36,701 nucleotides of DNA from Candidatus Fervidifonticultor quintus (GCA_031459535.1 JAVKIJ010000025.1:1-36701), one strand, 5' to 3'. Shown: positions 1 through 9,050, numbered from the stretch's first letter. Notes: generated by a model from the letters alone, not told the origin. Translations and numbers: made by a program.

Positions 1-745
1 TCATGCGGACGAGGCTTACATGAAGCCGTACGGGATCCCGACCACGCAGTTCGCCGAGTACCGGGACAGCGTGCACGGCGAGGCGCTGCTCGAGCGAGGG
101 AACCGGCAGGCACCGGCCTGCAACGATTGCCATGGTAATCACGGCGCGGTGCCGCCGGGCGTCGCCTCGGTGGCCAATGTCTGTGCCCAGTGCCACGCGT
201 CTCAGCGCGACCTGTTCCTCCGCAGTCCCCATAAGGCGGCGTACGAGGCCGCCGGGTTCGGTCAGTGCACCGTCTGCCACGGAAACCACAAGATCGTCCG
301 GCCCAGCGACGAGATGGTGGGCGACGCTACACCGGCTATCTGCGCCCAATGTCACACTGCCGGTAGCCCGGGCGGCATAGCCGCGGCAACCATGCGCAGG
401 ACGCTGGAGGACCTCAAGAGCAGTATCGCCGTTGCTGCTGGCGTCGTGGGCCGCGCGGAGCACCTGGGCGTCGACATGACAGACGCCAAGCTCCCGCTCG
501 CCGATGCGCAGACCCAATTGACGCTGGCTCGCAACTTGGTGCACAGCCTGTCGCTGCGAGAGATGCAGACCGCTGTGGCCTCGGGCGCCGGGCTCGCGCG
601 GCGGGCCGAGGACCTGGGGCGGGCCGGCCTGGCAGAGATTGGGTTCCGGCGCAGGGGGCTCGTGGCGGCACTCGCCGTCATTGCCGTCCTGCTGGCGGGT
701 CTGTGGCTGCGGATTCGGTCGCTACCCCGCCCGGTCGGTCGGTAG
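1..745 (+). CDS. Multiheme c-type cytochrome, 5'-truncated by the window edge; C-terminal helical stalk and membrane anchor
   Basis: The frame is open from base 2 (HADEAYMKPY..., probably the tail of a further CxxCH). Four complete CxxCH motifs: CNDCH, CAQCH, CTVCH, CAQCH. An Ala/Leu helical region is followed by RRR and a hydrophobic helix GLVAALAVIAVLLAGLWL. Stop TAG 743-745. Confidence 0.85.
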   Translation, partial: HADEAYMKPYGIPTTQFAEYRDSVHGEALLERGNRQAPACNDCHGNHGAVPPGVASVANVCAQCHASQRDLFLRSPHKAAYEAAGFGQCTVCHGNHKIVRPSDEMVGDATPAICAQCHTAGSPGGIAAATMRRTLEDLKSSIAVAAGVVGRAEHLGVDMTDAKLPLADAQTQLTLARNLVHSLSLREMQTAVASGAGLARRAEDLGRAGLAEIGFRRRGLVAALAVIAVLLAGLWLRIRSLPRPVGR

Positions 746-756
746 ACCCCTGCCCC

Positions 757-1890
757 CTACCTCAACGCGTCCAGGGTGGTGTTGACGACCTGGCGGACGA
801 AGCGCGGGTTGTGCACGCCCCAGCTCCCGTCTCCCTCGAGCAGCCAGAAGTTCCAGCCAGCTTTGATGATGGGGTCGCTGGTGGCGAACGAGGGCCGACC
901 CTGGGCATCCCGCAGTTCGCCAATCTGGGTGGAGATCCGGCGGCCGGTGCTCAGGTGGAGCGTGACGCCCTGCTGGCCGGCGATTTCCGCGAGTTCCACC
1001 TTGGTGATGGTGGCCGGGTCAACGGTTACGGTGTCCACGTACGCGTAGACCGTCGGGTTCCAGACGCGGACCGAGTGAATGCGGGACCGGTTGGCCATGA
1101 TCCTCGCCGCGATGGCTGCCTCGAGCTCGTGAATCAGGGTTCGCGCGCCGTTCTGCACCCGCGAGGCGGTCATGTCTGGTCCGTGACACCGGCTGCAGAC
1201 GTTGGGATCGGCCTTGAAGGTGTGGGGCTCCTTGCTCATGCGCACGTGGCACGTGACGCATGAGTCGCCGATGAATGTGGCGTGCGGCGAAATGAAGTTG
1301 CTCCCGTAGTCCACGTAGAAGACGTTCTTGCCCATGAGGACGTCGGCCTGCGAAGCGGTGTGCGGAGCCGTGTAGCGGCCGGCATCGGGCGCGTTCCAGG
1401 CAATGGCGCCGTTGCGGGAGTTGTGGCAGGTCATACACTGCGCGCCGAGCCCGACCCCGATGGCGCGGAAGCCCGCCGGCAGTAGCGGCGTCTGACCTAC
1501 TTGCCGGAGCTTGAAGTCCGGCTGGTGACACGTGGTGCAGGTCACCGGTTGCACCGCCCTGCGGTTCAACCCCAGGCTGACCAGGAAGGGCACGTCGGCG
1601 GCAGAGCCATCGGGCTTGGTGATCAACCCAGGGTTCCCCCGTTGGAGCTGGGGGAGCCAGGCCAGGTAACCTTGCTCAGCGTGACAGCGGCCGCAGTGGG
1701 CCGCCACGACACCCCGCCGGCCATCAGCTGTGGCCTCCAGCGAGGGGCGCAGGCGGTTGGCATGCTTGGATCTGGCCCACTGGGCGCGCTGATCGGCCTG
1801 TGCGCGGGCCGCGACGACGCCAGCGCCGAGGAGGAGGACCAAGGAGAACACTACGGTCCAGAGTGCAGTGACCCCGCGTTCCCGTGTCAC
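757..1890 (-). CDS. Exported pentaheme c-type cytochrome (c552/NrfA-HAO-like C-terminal helices, no CxxCK)
   Basis: Signal peptide MTRERGVTALWTVVFSLVLLLGAGVVAARA. Five CxxCH: CGRCH, CTTCH, CMTCH, CVTCH, CSRCH. C-terminal GDGSWGVHNP motif. Start placed at GTG 1890 because AAAGGGGG lies ~9 nt upstream; the ORF track's GTG 1914 is an alternative. Confidence 0.8.
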   Translation of the reverse strand: MTRERGVTALWTVVFSLVLLLGAGVVAARAQADQRAQWARSKHANRLRPSLEATADGRRGVVAAHCGRCHAEQGYLAWLPQLQRGNPGLITKPDGSAADVPFLVSLGLNRRAVQPVTCTTCHQPDFKLRQVGQTPLLPAGFRAIGVGLGAQCMTCHNSRNGAIAWNAPDAGRYTAPHTASQADVLMGKNVFYVDYGSNFISPHATFIGDSCVTCHVRMSKEPHTFKADPNVCSRCHGPDMTASRVQNGARTLIHELEAAIAARIMANRSRIHSVRVWNPTVYAYVDTVTVDPATITKVELAEIAGQQGVTLHLSTGRRISTQIGELRDAQGRPSFATSDPIIKAGWNFWLLEGDGSWGVHNPRFVRQVVNTTLDALR

Positions 1891-2031
1891 CGACACCAGC
1901 CCCCCTTTCGGCACCCATCGAGCATTGAACCCCTGGGTTCGCCGCTCCCTCCGCGCGTCCCTCCTGCTACTCGTCCCGCATGCCCTACCTGTCGAGCACG
2001 TAGATCCCGGTCACAGGCCCTGCGGCCGGGG

Positions 2032-2394
2032 CTACTTCGGGGGCTTGGACTTGGAGTCGCCCGGCAGGGTGCCGGCTCTCAGCTCGTCGCCGTTCTTGAC
2101 GCCGTCCTTGTCAGAGTCGAGGCCCTCGATGGCTTTGAACGCCGCGGTGTTGTAGGTGCCCTTGGCGGCCTTCTGGAGATCGACCGCATAGGGGTTGAGG
2201 TTGGTCTTGGTGCCCGGCATGGCGGTGTGGCAGACCAGGCAGGGCAGCGCCTTGGCCAGATCCGTGCCATCCTTGGGGGTATAGAGCGTCCGAAGCGTGG
2301 CTGACATGTCCGGCTTGGCCGCGGCCCACGTGGCGAGGCCCACAACCACGAGCAATGCTGTTCCAATCCAGATCACGACACGTCTGCGGAGCAC
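2032..2394 (-). CDS. Small exported monoheme cytochrome c with thrombospondin-type-3-like Ca-binding motif
   Basis: Signal peptide ending AAA; one CLVCH; NPY; DSDKDGVKNGDELRAGTLPGD. Strong RBS (GAGGAGG) ~7 nt upstream of GTG 2394. Confidence 0.8.
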   Translation of the reverse strand: MLRRRVVIWIGTALLVVVGLATWAAAKPDMSATLRTLYTPKDGTDLAKALPCLVCHTAMPGTKTNLNPYAVDLQKAAKGTYNTAAFKAIEGLDSDKDGVKNGDELRAGTLPGDSKSKPPK

Positions 2395-2426
2395 GGCATT
2401 CCCTCCTCGCGTCCACTGTTGCGTGC

Positions 2427-2456
2427 AGTGTAGCCCGTACCTCGGCGCCCTGGCAA
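2427..2456 (-). promoter_or_regulatory. Putative sigma70-type promoter for the minus-strand cytochrome genes
   Basis: Minus strand reads TTGCCA (2456-2451), 18-nt spacer, TACACT (2432-2427), ~30 nt upstream of GTG 2394. Confidence 0.55.
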
Positions 2457-2570
2457 TACTGTCTCGCCCCGATCTCGGACCGCGGGGTAGCGGTGCCCGG
2501 ACTGCGCTATCCGACCGGGCGGAGGCGAGCCGGCCCGGTTACCCCGGCGCGTACAGCGAACATCCGAAGC

Positions 2571-2693
2571 CCAGGAATCGAGCGGGCACCTGATACGCCC
2601 GGCACCCGGGAACCAGGATAATCCAGGAAGAGAGGAAGCCAGGCTCCAGGAGTGCCGACTACGGAATCAGGCGGGGATGTCGAGGGAATGACG
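2571..2693 (+). promoter_or_regulatory. GGA-repeat cluster (candidate CsrA/RsmA-type binding leader or sRNA) upstream of the WLP operon
   Basis: GGA at 2574, 2609, 2616, 2626, 2634, 2649, 2663, 2675, 2685; four are CCAGGA. Some sit in loops of short stems, e.g. TGTC-GAGGGAAT-GACG. The function is inferred. Confidence 0.35.
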
Positions 2694-2738
2694 CCACGCG
2701 CATGACAGCCCGGCGGCGGTGAGGCTGGTCGCGCTTCG

Positions 2739-3503
2739 ATGAAACTGGCAGTCTCCGGCAAGGGTGGGGTGGGCAAGACCACGATCGCGGCCCTGACGGC
2801 CGACGAGCTGGTCCGCCGGGGCTACCGCGTCACCGCCATTGATGCCGACCCCAATCCCACGCTGGCCCCAGTCCTGGGATTTCCCCCTGTGCCCGTCACC
2901 CCGCTGCTCGAGATGAAGGAAGAGATCGAACAACGCGTCGGCGGCAGCGACGGATTCGTCCGGCTCAACCCGCGCATTGACGATCTGGTGGAACGTGTCA
3001 CGCTGGAACACCGCGGCATCCAGTTGATCGTTGCCGGCGCCATCACCCGCGGTGGCGCCGGTTGCGCGTGTCCCCAGAGCGTGCTGTTGCGCCGGCTGTT
3101 GGAGCACTTGGTCCTGGAGCGAGAAGAGGCGGTCATCATCGACCTCGAGGCCGGGCTGGAGCATCTGGGCCGGCGCAGCGCCCATGCGGCCGACGCGCTG
3201 CTCGTGGTCGTCGATCCCAGCCGCGGCAGCCTGGACACTGCGGGCCGCATCCGGCGCCTGGCGGGGGAGATCGGCATCGCGCAGGTCCTGGCGGTCGCAA
3301 ACCGGATCCGCAGTCCCGCGGACCTGGCCTATATCACCGAGCACCTGCACGGCATACCTATCGCCGGCCAGATTCCCTACAGCGAGACGTTGTGTGAAGC
3401 CGAGCGTGCGGGCACCCTCGTGGTGGACGAGACCGTGGAGGCCGCGGCTAGGCGCCTTGTTGACGCGCTGGAGACCAGATGTGGGGGGAGGATTAGCCAA
3501 TGA
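2739..3503 (+). CDS. cooC: CO dehydrogenase nickel-insertion ATPase CooC
   Basis: Deviant Walker A GKGGVGKTT, DADPN, Ni-binding GCAC, DLEAGLEHLGR; ATGA overlap with acsA. Confidence 0.92.
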   Translation: MKLAVSGKGGVGKTTIAALTADELVRRGYRVTAIDADPNPTLAPVLGFPPVPVTPLLEMKEEIEQRVGGSDGFVRLNPRIDDLVERVTLEHRGIQLIVAGAITRGGAGCACPQSVLLRRLLEHLVLEREEAVIIDLEAGLEHLGRRSAHAADALLVVVDPSRGSLDTAGRIRRLAGEIGIAQVLAVANRIRSPADLAYITEHLHGIPIAGQIPYSETLCEAERAGTLVVDETVEAAARRLVDALETRCGGRISQ

Positions 3504-5470
3504 GTGACGCCACACGACCCGAGGCCCGGACCGATCCCGCCAGCGTGCAGATGCGGGAACGTGCCAGGGCTGAGGGGATCACGACCATTTGGGACCGATA
3601 CGCCGCGCTGGGATCTCAGTGCCGGGTTGGCGAGCTGGGGATCTGCTGCACGATCTGTCATCTGGGTCCCTGCAACCTGGGTCTACCCGGCAGTAAGCGG
3701 TCGCAGGTCGGCATCTGTGGCGCCACCATCGACACCGTGGCCGCGCGTCGCCTGGCTCGGGATATGGCCGCCGGATCGGCGGCGCACTCTGATCACGGCC
3801 GCTCTGTAGCCCACCTCTTGCTTGCGGCCGCTCGGGGGCAGGCACCGGGTTACGGTATCAAGGACGAACGCAAGCTGCGGGCGCTCGCCGTCGAACTGGG
3901 CGTTCCGCTGGACGGCCGTGGGCCCGCCGAGGTCGCCCAAGATGTGGCCCGCGTGTGCCTGGAGCAGTTCGGCCAGCAGGAGGGCGAGGTGGTCTTCGCG
4001 CGGCGCGCTCCTGCGCGACAGCAGGAGAACTGGCGTCGCCTGGGGGTCATGCCTCGGGGCATTGACCGCGAGATCGTGGACGTCATGCACCGCACCAACA
4101 TGGGTGTGGACAACGACTACCGGAGCGTCATCCTGGCCGGGATTCGCAGCGCATTGGCCGACGGCTGGGGCGGGTCCATGATCGCTACCGACCTGCAGGA
4201 CGTGTTGTTCGGCACCCCCAAGCCCATCCGTGCCCGGATGAACCTGGGCGTGCTGCAGGCCGATCAGGTCAACATCCTGGTGCATGGACACGAGCCCATG
4301 CTGGCCGAGGCCATCGTGGATGCGGCCGGCGACCCGGCACTGCTGGCGCGGGCCGGGGAGCTGGGGGCGACCGGCATCAACGTGGCTGGCATCTGCTGCA
4401 CGGCCAACGAGGTGCTGATGCGCCGGGGCGTGCCCATCGCCGGGAACTTCCTGCAGCAGGAACTGGCCATGATCACCGGGGCCGTGGACGCGTTCCTGGT
4501 GGACGTCCAGTGCATCATGCCCGGCTTGGTGGAGGTGGCCTCGTGCTTCCATACCGAGATCATCGCCACCTCCCGTCAGGCCCGTATTCCCGGCACCATC
4601 CACGTTGAGTTCACCGAGGAGCGTGCCCCGCAGGCGGCGCGCGAGATCGTGGGCCGCGCCGTGGAGAACTTCGCGCGGAGGGACCGGAGCCGGGTGGTCA
4701 TCCCTGACCACAAGATGGATGTCGTGGCCGGGTTCTCCACCGAGTCCATCACTCCCATTCTGGGCGGCACCTACCGGGGCGGATGGCGGCCGCTGAACGA
4801 CGGTATCATGGCCGGCCGGCTGCGGGGCGTCGTCGGCGTTGTGGGCTGCGACACTCCCAAGGCGGTGCAGGACCAGGGGCACCTGGACTTGGTCCACGAA
4901 CTGCTGCGCCACGACGTGCTGGTGGTGCAGACCGGTTGCTCCGCCATCGCGTGCGGCAAGGCCGGCCTGCTGCAGCCCGAGGCGGCGTTCCAGTACGCGG
5001 GGAGGGGCCTGCAGGAGATCTGCGAGGCCGTGGGGATACCACCGGTCCTGCACACCGGGTCGTGCGTGGACAACAGCCGGATTCTCACCGCGTGCACGGA
5101 GATGGTCAGGGAGGGCGGCATCGGTCGCTCGTTCGACGAGCTCCCGGTCGCCGCCGCGGCACCGGGATGGTGGTCGGAGAAGGCGATCGCCATCGGCTTC
5201 TACGCTGTCTCCTCGGGCATCCTCACCGTGCTGGGCTCGCCCTTCAATATCCTGGGCAGCGAGGCGGTCACGCGGTTCGTGACCGAGGAGATCGAGGCGT
5301 TGACCGGCGGCCGGTTCGTCTTCGAGTCCGACCCGGCCAAGGCGGCCCAGATCATCGTCGCCCATCTGGACCGGAAGCGAGAGGCCCTCAAGCTGCGACC
5401 GATGATGTACGAGGTGGCGCCGGCCAGGGTGCTGGTGGCAGTGGGGGCCTCAGGAGCACCGGCCACGTAG
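3500..5470 (+). CDS. acsA: Ni,Fe carbon monoxide dehydrogenase subunit of CODH/ACS (AcsA/CooS)
   Basis: D/B-cluster motif CRVGELGICCTICHLGPC...CG; AAHSDHG; C-cluster ligands GHEP, ICCT, VQCI, VGCD, TGCS, GSCVD; catalytic Lys in WWSEKA. Confidence 0.97.
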   Translation: MSDATRPEARTDPASVQMRERARAEGITTIWDRYAALGSQCRVGELGICCTICHLGPCNLGLPGSKRSQVGICGATIDTVAARRLARDMAAGSAAHSDHGRSVAHLLLAAARGQAPGYGIKDERKLRALAVELGVPLDGRGPAEVAQDVARVCLEQFGQQEGEVVFARRAPARQQENWRRLGVMPRGIDREIVDVMHRTNMGVDNDYRSVILAGIRSALADGWGGSMIATDLQDVLFGTPKPIRARMNLGVLQADQVNILVHGHEPMLAEAIVDAAGDPALLARAGELGATGINVAGICCTANEVLMRRGVPIAGNFLQQELAMITGAVDAFLVDVQCIMPGLVEVASCFHTEIIATSRQARIPGTIHVEFTEERAPQAAREIVGRAVENFARRDRSRVVIPDHKMDVVAGFSTESITPILGGTYRGGWRPLNDGIMAGRLRGVVGVVGCDTPKAVQDQGHLDLVHELLRHDVLVVQTGCSAIACGKAGLLQPEAAFQYAGRGLQEICEAVGIPPVLHTGSCVDNSRILTACTEMVREGGIGRSFDELPVAAAAPGWWSEKAIAIGFYAVSSGILTVLGSPFNILGSEAVTRFVTEEIEALTGGRFVFESDPAKAAQIIVAHLDRKREALKLRPMMYEVAPARVLVAVGASGAPAT

Positions 5471-5485
5471 GCAGGAGGCATACGC

Positions 5486-7672
5486 ATGTCACGCATCATC
5501 GCCACGGCTGCTATCAGGGGAGCGCACAAGTACGTCGACGAGGCCGAGGCCAAGCTGGCGCAGGCGTTAGAGGCTCATGGGGGTAGCTTCAAGCTCGAGT
5601 TCCCCAACACCGCCTTCTACCTGCCGCTGATCCTGGCCCTCACCGGCATCAAGGTGAAGACCCTGGAGGACGCCCGGGAGCCGTTGCGCATTGCCCGCAG
5701 CCTCCTGCCCCCCATTCCCACCGATCGGCTGTGGTTACCCTATCTGGGCGACGCCCTCGACGCCGGTGTGGCCACCCTGATCGCCGAGGAGATCATCGAG
5801 GCGATCAAGTACGCCACCGAGGGCCCGCCCGGCGGCATCTGGCTGGGATTCACCGATGACGCCATCCTGCGCACCCAGGGTGTCAAGCTCGTGGACGGCC
5901 GCATGCCGGGGTTCGCCGCCTGCGTGGGCGCCATGCCTACCGTCGAGGCGGCCGTGCGGCTGGCGCGCGAGCTGCAGGAGCGGAACATCCTGGTGTTCCT
6001 TTCCAGCCACACCAATGGGGCCAGCATGGCCGAGCAACTGGCTGAGGCGGGCGTCGAGATGAGCTGGGACACCTACCTGGTGCCCTACGGGCCCGAGACC
6101 AGCGCCACGGTCCATGCGCTGAACTTCGCGGCCCGGTCGGCCATGACGTTCGGCGGGATCAGCCCCGGCGACCTGCAAAAGGCCCGGGAGATCCTCCTGT
6201 ACAACAAGGCACGGGTGCACGCCTTCGTGCTGGCCCTGGGTGAGGTAGACGACGCGAAGTATGCCACGGCCGCCGGCGCCATCAACTTCGGCTTTCCGGT
6301 CATCGCCGACACCGACATCCCCCAGATCCTGCCCACGGGCATCTGCACCTACGAACACGTCGTCAGCCGGGTTCCGCACGACCAGATGGTGCCCAAGGCC
6401 ATCGAGGTGCGCGGGCTGAAGCTCAAGATCACCAAGATCCCGATTCCGGTGTCCTACAGCGCCGCGTTCGAGGGCGAACGCGTGCGCAAGGAACAACTGC
6501 ACGTCGAGTTCGGCCGCCAGCTCGCGCCGGCCTTTGAGTACCTGCGAGGCCGCGAGATGCACGAGGTCGAAGACGGCAAGATCGAGGTCATCGGTCCGGA
6601 CATCGACACCGTCGAGGTGGGCGGAGCCATGCCGCTGGGGATCCTCATCGAGGTGGCTGGCCGCAAGCTCCAGAAGGACTTCGAGCCCATCCTGGAACGA
6701 CAGATCCACCGGTTCGTCAACGGCGCCATGGGCGTGATGCACATCGGCCAGCGGGACATCCCGTGGATCCGGATCAGCCAGGACGCCTTCCGGGCCGGGT
6801 TCCGGCTGCGACACTTCGGCGACATCCTCCACGCCAAGTACCATGAAGAGTATCCGGCCTTGGTGGACAAGGTGCAGGTGACCGTATACTCCGATGCGGA
6901 CCAGATCAACCGCATCCTGGAGGAAGCCCGCAAGGTGTGGGACGAACGGGACGCGCGGGTGGCCGGGATGACCGACGAGACCGTGGACGTCTTCTACTCG
7001 TGCACGTTGTGCCAGTCGTACGCGCCTAACCACGTCTGCATCATCACCCCCGAGCGCCTGGGGCTGTGCGGGGCCTACAACTGGCTGGACGGCAAGGCCA
7101 GCTATGAGATCAACCCCGCCGGGCCCAACCAGCCGGTCGAGAAGGGCCGGTGCCTGGACGCCGCCCTCGGTGTCTACGAGGGCATCAACGAGTTCGTCTA
7201 CGCCAAGTCCAACAAGACCGTGGAGCAGGTCAGCCTGTACTCCATGATCCAGGTCCCCATGACCTCGTGCGGGTGTTTCGAGTGCATCCTCGCCCTGGTT
7301 CCTGAGGTCAACGGTGTGATGGTGGTCAACCGGGAGTACACGGGGATGACGCCCGTGGGCATGACGTTCTCCACGCTGGCCGGCATGGTGGGCGGCGGGA
7401 TCCAGACCCCCGGGTTCCTGGGTGTGGGACGCCTGTACCTCACCAGTCGCAAGTTCATCCCGGCCGACGGCGGCCTCCACCGGCTGACCTGGATGCCCAA
7501 GGAATTGAAGGACGCCCTGCGCGACCGCCTGGTGGCCCGTGCCCGGGAGCTGGGCGACGAGACGTTCGTGGACAAGATCGCCGACGAGACCGTGGCGACC
7601 ACCGCCGAGGAACTGCTGGCGTATCTGGAGCGCGTCGGCCATCCGGCCCTGAGCATGCCGCCGCTCCTGTAG
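5486..7672 (+). CDS. acsB: Acetyl-CoA synthase subunit AcsB (full-length bacterial type)
   Basis: 728 aa. A-cluster ligands CTLCQSYAPNHVCIITPERLGLCG and PMTSCGCFE. N-terminal FPNTAFYLP domain present. RBS AGGAGG. Confidence 0.97.
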   Translation: MSRIIATAAIRGAHKYVDEAEAKLAQALEAHGGSFKLEFPNTAFYLPLILALTGIKVKTLEDAREPLRIARSLLPPIPTDRLWLPYLGDALDAGVATLIAEEIIEAIKYATEGPPGGIWLGFTDDAILRTQGVKLVDGRMPGFAACVGAMPTVEAAVRLARELQERNILVFLSSHTNGASMAEQLAEAGVEMSWDTYLVPYGPETSATVHALNFAARSAMTFGGISPGDLQKAREILLYNKARVHAFVLALGEVDDAKYATAAGAINFGFPVIADTDIPQILPTGICTYEHVVSRVPHDQMVPKAIEVRGLKLKITKIPIPVSYSAAFEGERVRKEQLHVEFGRQLAPAFEYLRGREMHEVEDGKIEVIGPDIDTVEVGGAMPLGILIEVAGRKLQKDFEPILERQIHRFVNGAMGVMHIGQRDIPWIRISQDAFRAGFRLRHFGDILHAKYHEEYPALVDKVQVTVYSDADQINRILEEARKVWDERDARVAGMTDETVDVFYSCTLCQSYAPNHVCIITPERLGLCGAYNWLDGKASYEINPAGPNQPVEKGRCLDAALGVYEGINEFVYAKSNKTVEQVSLYSMIQVPMTSCGCFECILALVPEVNGVMVVNREYTGMTPVGMTFSTLAGMVGGGIQTPGFLGVGRLYLTSRKFIPADGGLHRLTWMPKELKDALRDRLVARARELGDETFVDKIADETVATTAEELLAYLERVGHPALSMPPLL

Positions 7673-7683
7673 GAGAGACGATC

Positions 7684-9039
7684 ATGCCGCTCACCGCGCT
7701 GGACATCTACAAGCTCTTGCCCAAGACAAACTGCGGGGAGTGCGGGTTTCCCACCTGCCTGGCCTTCGCCATGCAGCTGGCGACCAAGAAGGCCAGCATC
7801 GAGGCCTGCCCCTACGCCAGTGACGACTGCAAGGCCACCCTGGCCGGGGCCGCGGCACCGCCCATCCGCCTGGTCACCATCGGGACCGAGGACCAGTGCA
7901 TCGTGATGGGCAAGGAGACCGTGCTCTTCCGGCACGAGGAGACGTTCTATCACCCCACGGCTATTGCCGTCCGCATTCCGACCGACCGGTCGCCCGCGGA
8001 CCTGCAGGCGGCGCTGGAGCGTGTGCGCGCGCTCCGATTCGAGCGCGTGGGGCAGCCGCTGCGCGTGGAGATGGTGGCCCTCGACGACGCCACCGGCGAG
8101 GGGGACCGGTTTGCCGCCGCCGCGCACGCGGCGGTGGAGGCGGGCCTGGCCGTGGTACTGATGAGCACCAGGCCCGAGGTGCTCGCCGCGGGGGCCTCGG
8201 CGATCGCCAAGGCCCGGCCCCTGTTGTATGCCGCGTCGCCGGACACCTGGGAGGCCGTGGTGCCGGTGGCCAAGACTCACCGGTTGCCGCTGGCAGTGCG
8301 GGCCGGCAGCCTGGACGAACTGGCCCATCTGACCACGCGCATCGCATCGGCCGGCGTGGCAGACCTCGTACTCGACAGCGGGGCGCGCGGGCAGGCCCGG
8401 GCGCTGCAGGATCTCACCCAGATCCGGAGGCTGGCCCTGCGCAAGATGTTCCGCCCGCTGGGTTATCCGGCCATGGCGTTCGTGGTCGCCGACGACCCGC
8501 TCGGTCAGGTGATGGAGGGCACGGCGTACATCTGCAAGTATGCGGCCCTCCTGGTCACCGGCGAGCTGGAGCCGTGGCAGGCGCTGGCGCTGCTCACGGC
8601 ACGCCAGAACATCTACACCGATCCGCAGAAGCCCATCCAGGTCGAGCCCGGCATTCACACCGTCGGCACGCCGGACGAGTTCTCGCCGGTGCTGGTCACC
8701 ACCAACTTCTCGCTGACGTACTTCACCGTAGAGGCCGACACCGAGGCCAGTCGGACGCCGGCCTGGGTCGTGGTGGTCAACACCGAGGGCCAGTCGGTCA
8801 TGACTGCGTGGGCGGCAGACAAGTTCAATGCCGAGACCATCGCCAAGGCCATCGCGGACTCGAGCATTACCACCAAAGTCAAGCACCGGCGGGCGATCAT
8901 CCCCGGCGGCATCGCCGCCCTCAGCGGCAAGCTGGAAGAGCTGACTGGCTGGCAGATCATGGTGGGCCCGCGGGAATCGGCGGGAATTCCCGCCTTCATG
9001 CGCACGCAGTGGAAGCAGGTGGCCGCCGCCATCGCCTGA
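7684..9039 (+). CDS. acsC: Corrinoid iron-sulfur protein large subunit AcsC
   Basis: N-terminal LPKTNCGECGFPTCLAFA...CP [4Fe-4S]; VLFRHEETF; RQNIYTDPQKP; VTTNFSLTYF. Confidence 0.96.
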   Translation: MPLTALDIYKLLPKTNCGECGFPTCLAFAMQLATKKASIEACPYASDDCKATLAGAAAPPIRLVTIGTEDQCIVMGKETVLFRHEETFYHPTAIAVRIPTDRSPADLQAALERVRALRFERVGQPLRVEMVALDDATGEGDRFAAAAHAAVEAGLAVVLMSTRPEVLAAGASAIAKARPLLYAASPDTWEAVVPVAKTHRLPLAVRAGSLDELAHLTTRIASAGVADLVLDSGARGQARALQDLTQIRRLALRKMFRPLGYPAMAFVVADDPLGQVMEGTAYICKYAALLVTGELEPWQALALLTARQNIYTDPQKPIQVEPGIHTVGTPDEFSPVLVTTNFSLTYFTVEADTEASRTPAWVVVVNTEGQSVMTAWAADKFNAETIAKAIADSSITTKVKHRRAIIPGGIAALSGKLEELTGWQIMVGPRESAGIPAFMRTQWKQVAAAIA

Positions 9040-9050
9040 GGACGTGAAGC

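Noticed and set aside
757-1914. Calling the pentaheme protein nrfA
   Set aside because: No CxxCK and heme spacing differs from NrfA; no nrfH/nrfBCD seen in the window.
2460-2738. THF, ZTP or cobalamin riboswitch upstream of the operon
   Set aside because: Only fragments match (GGGATGTCG, AAGCCAGG). The conserved cores and pairing could not be found by eye; an Rfam cmscan would settle it.
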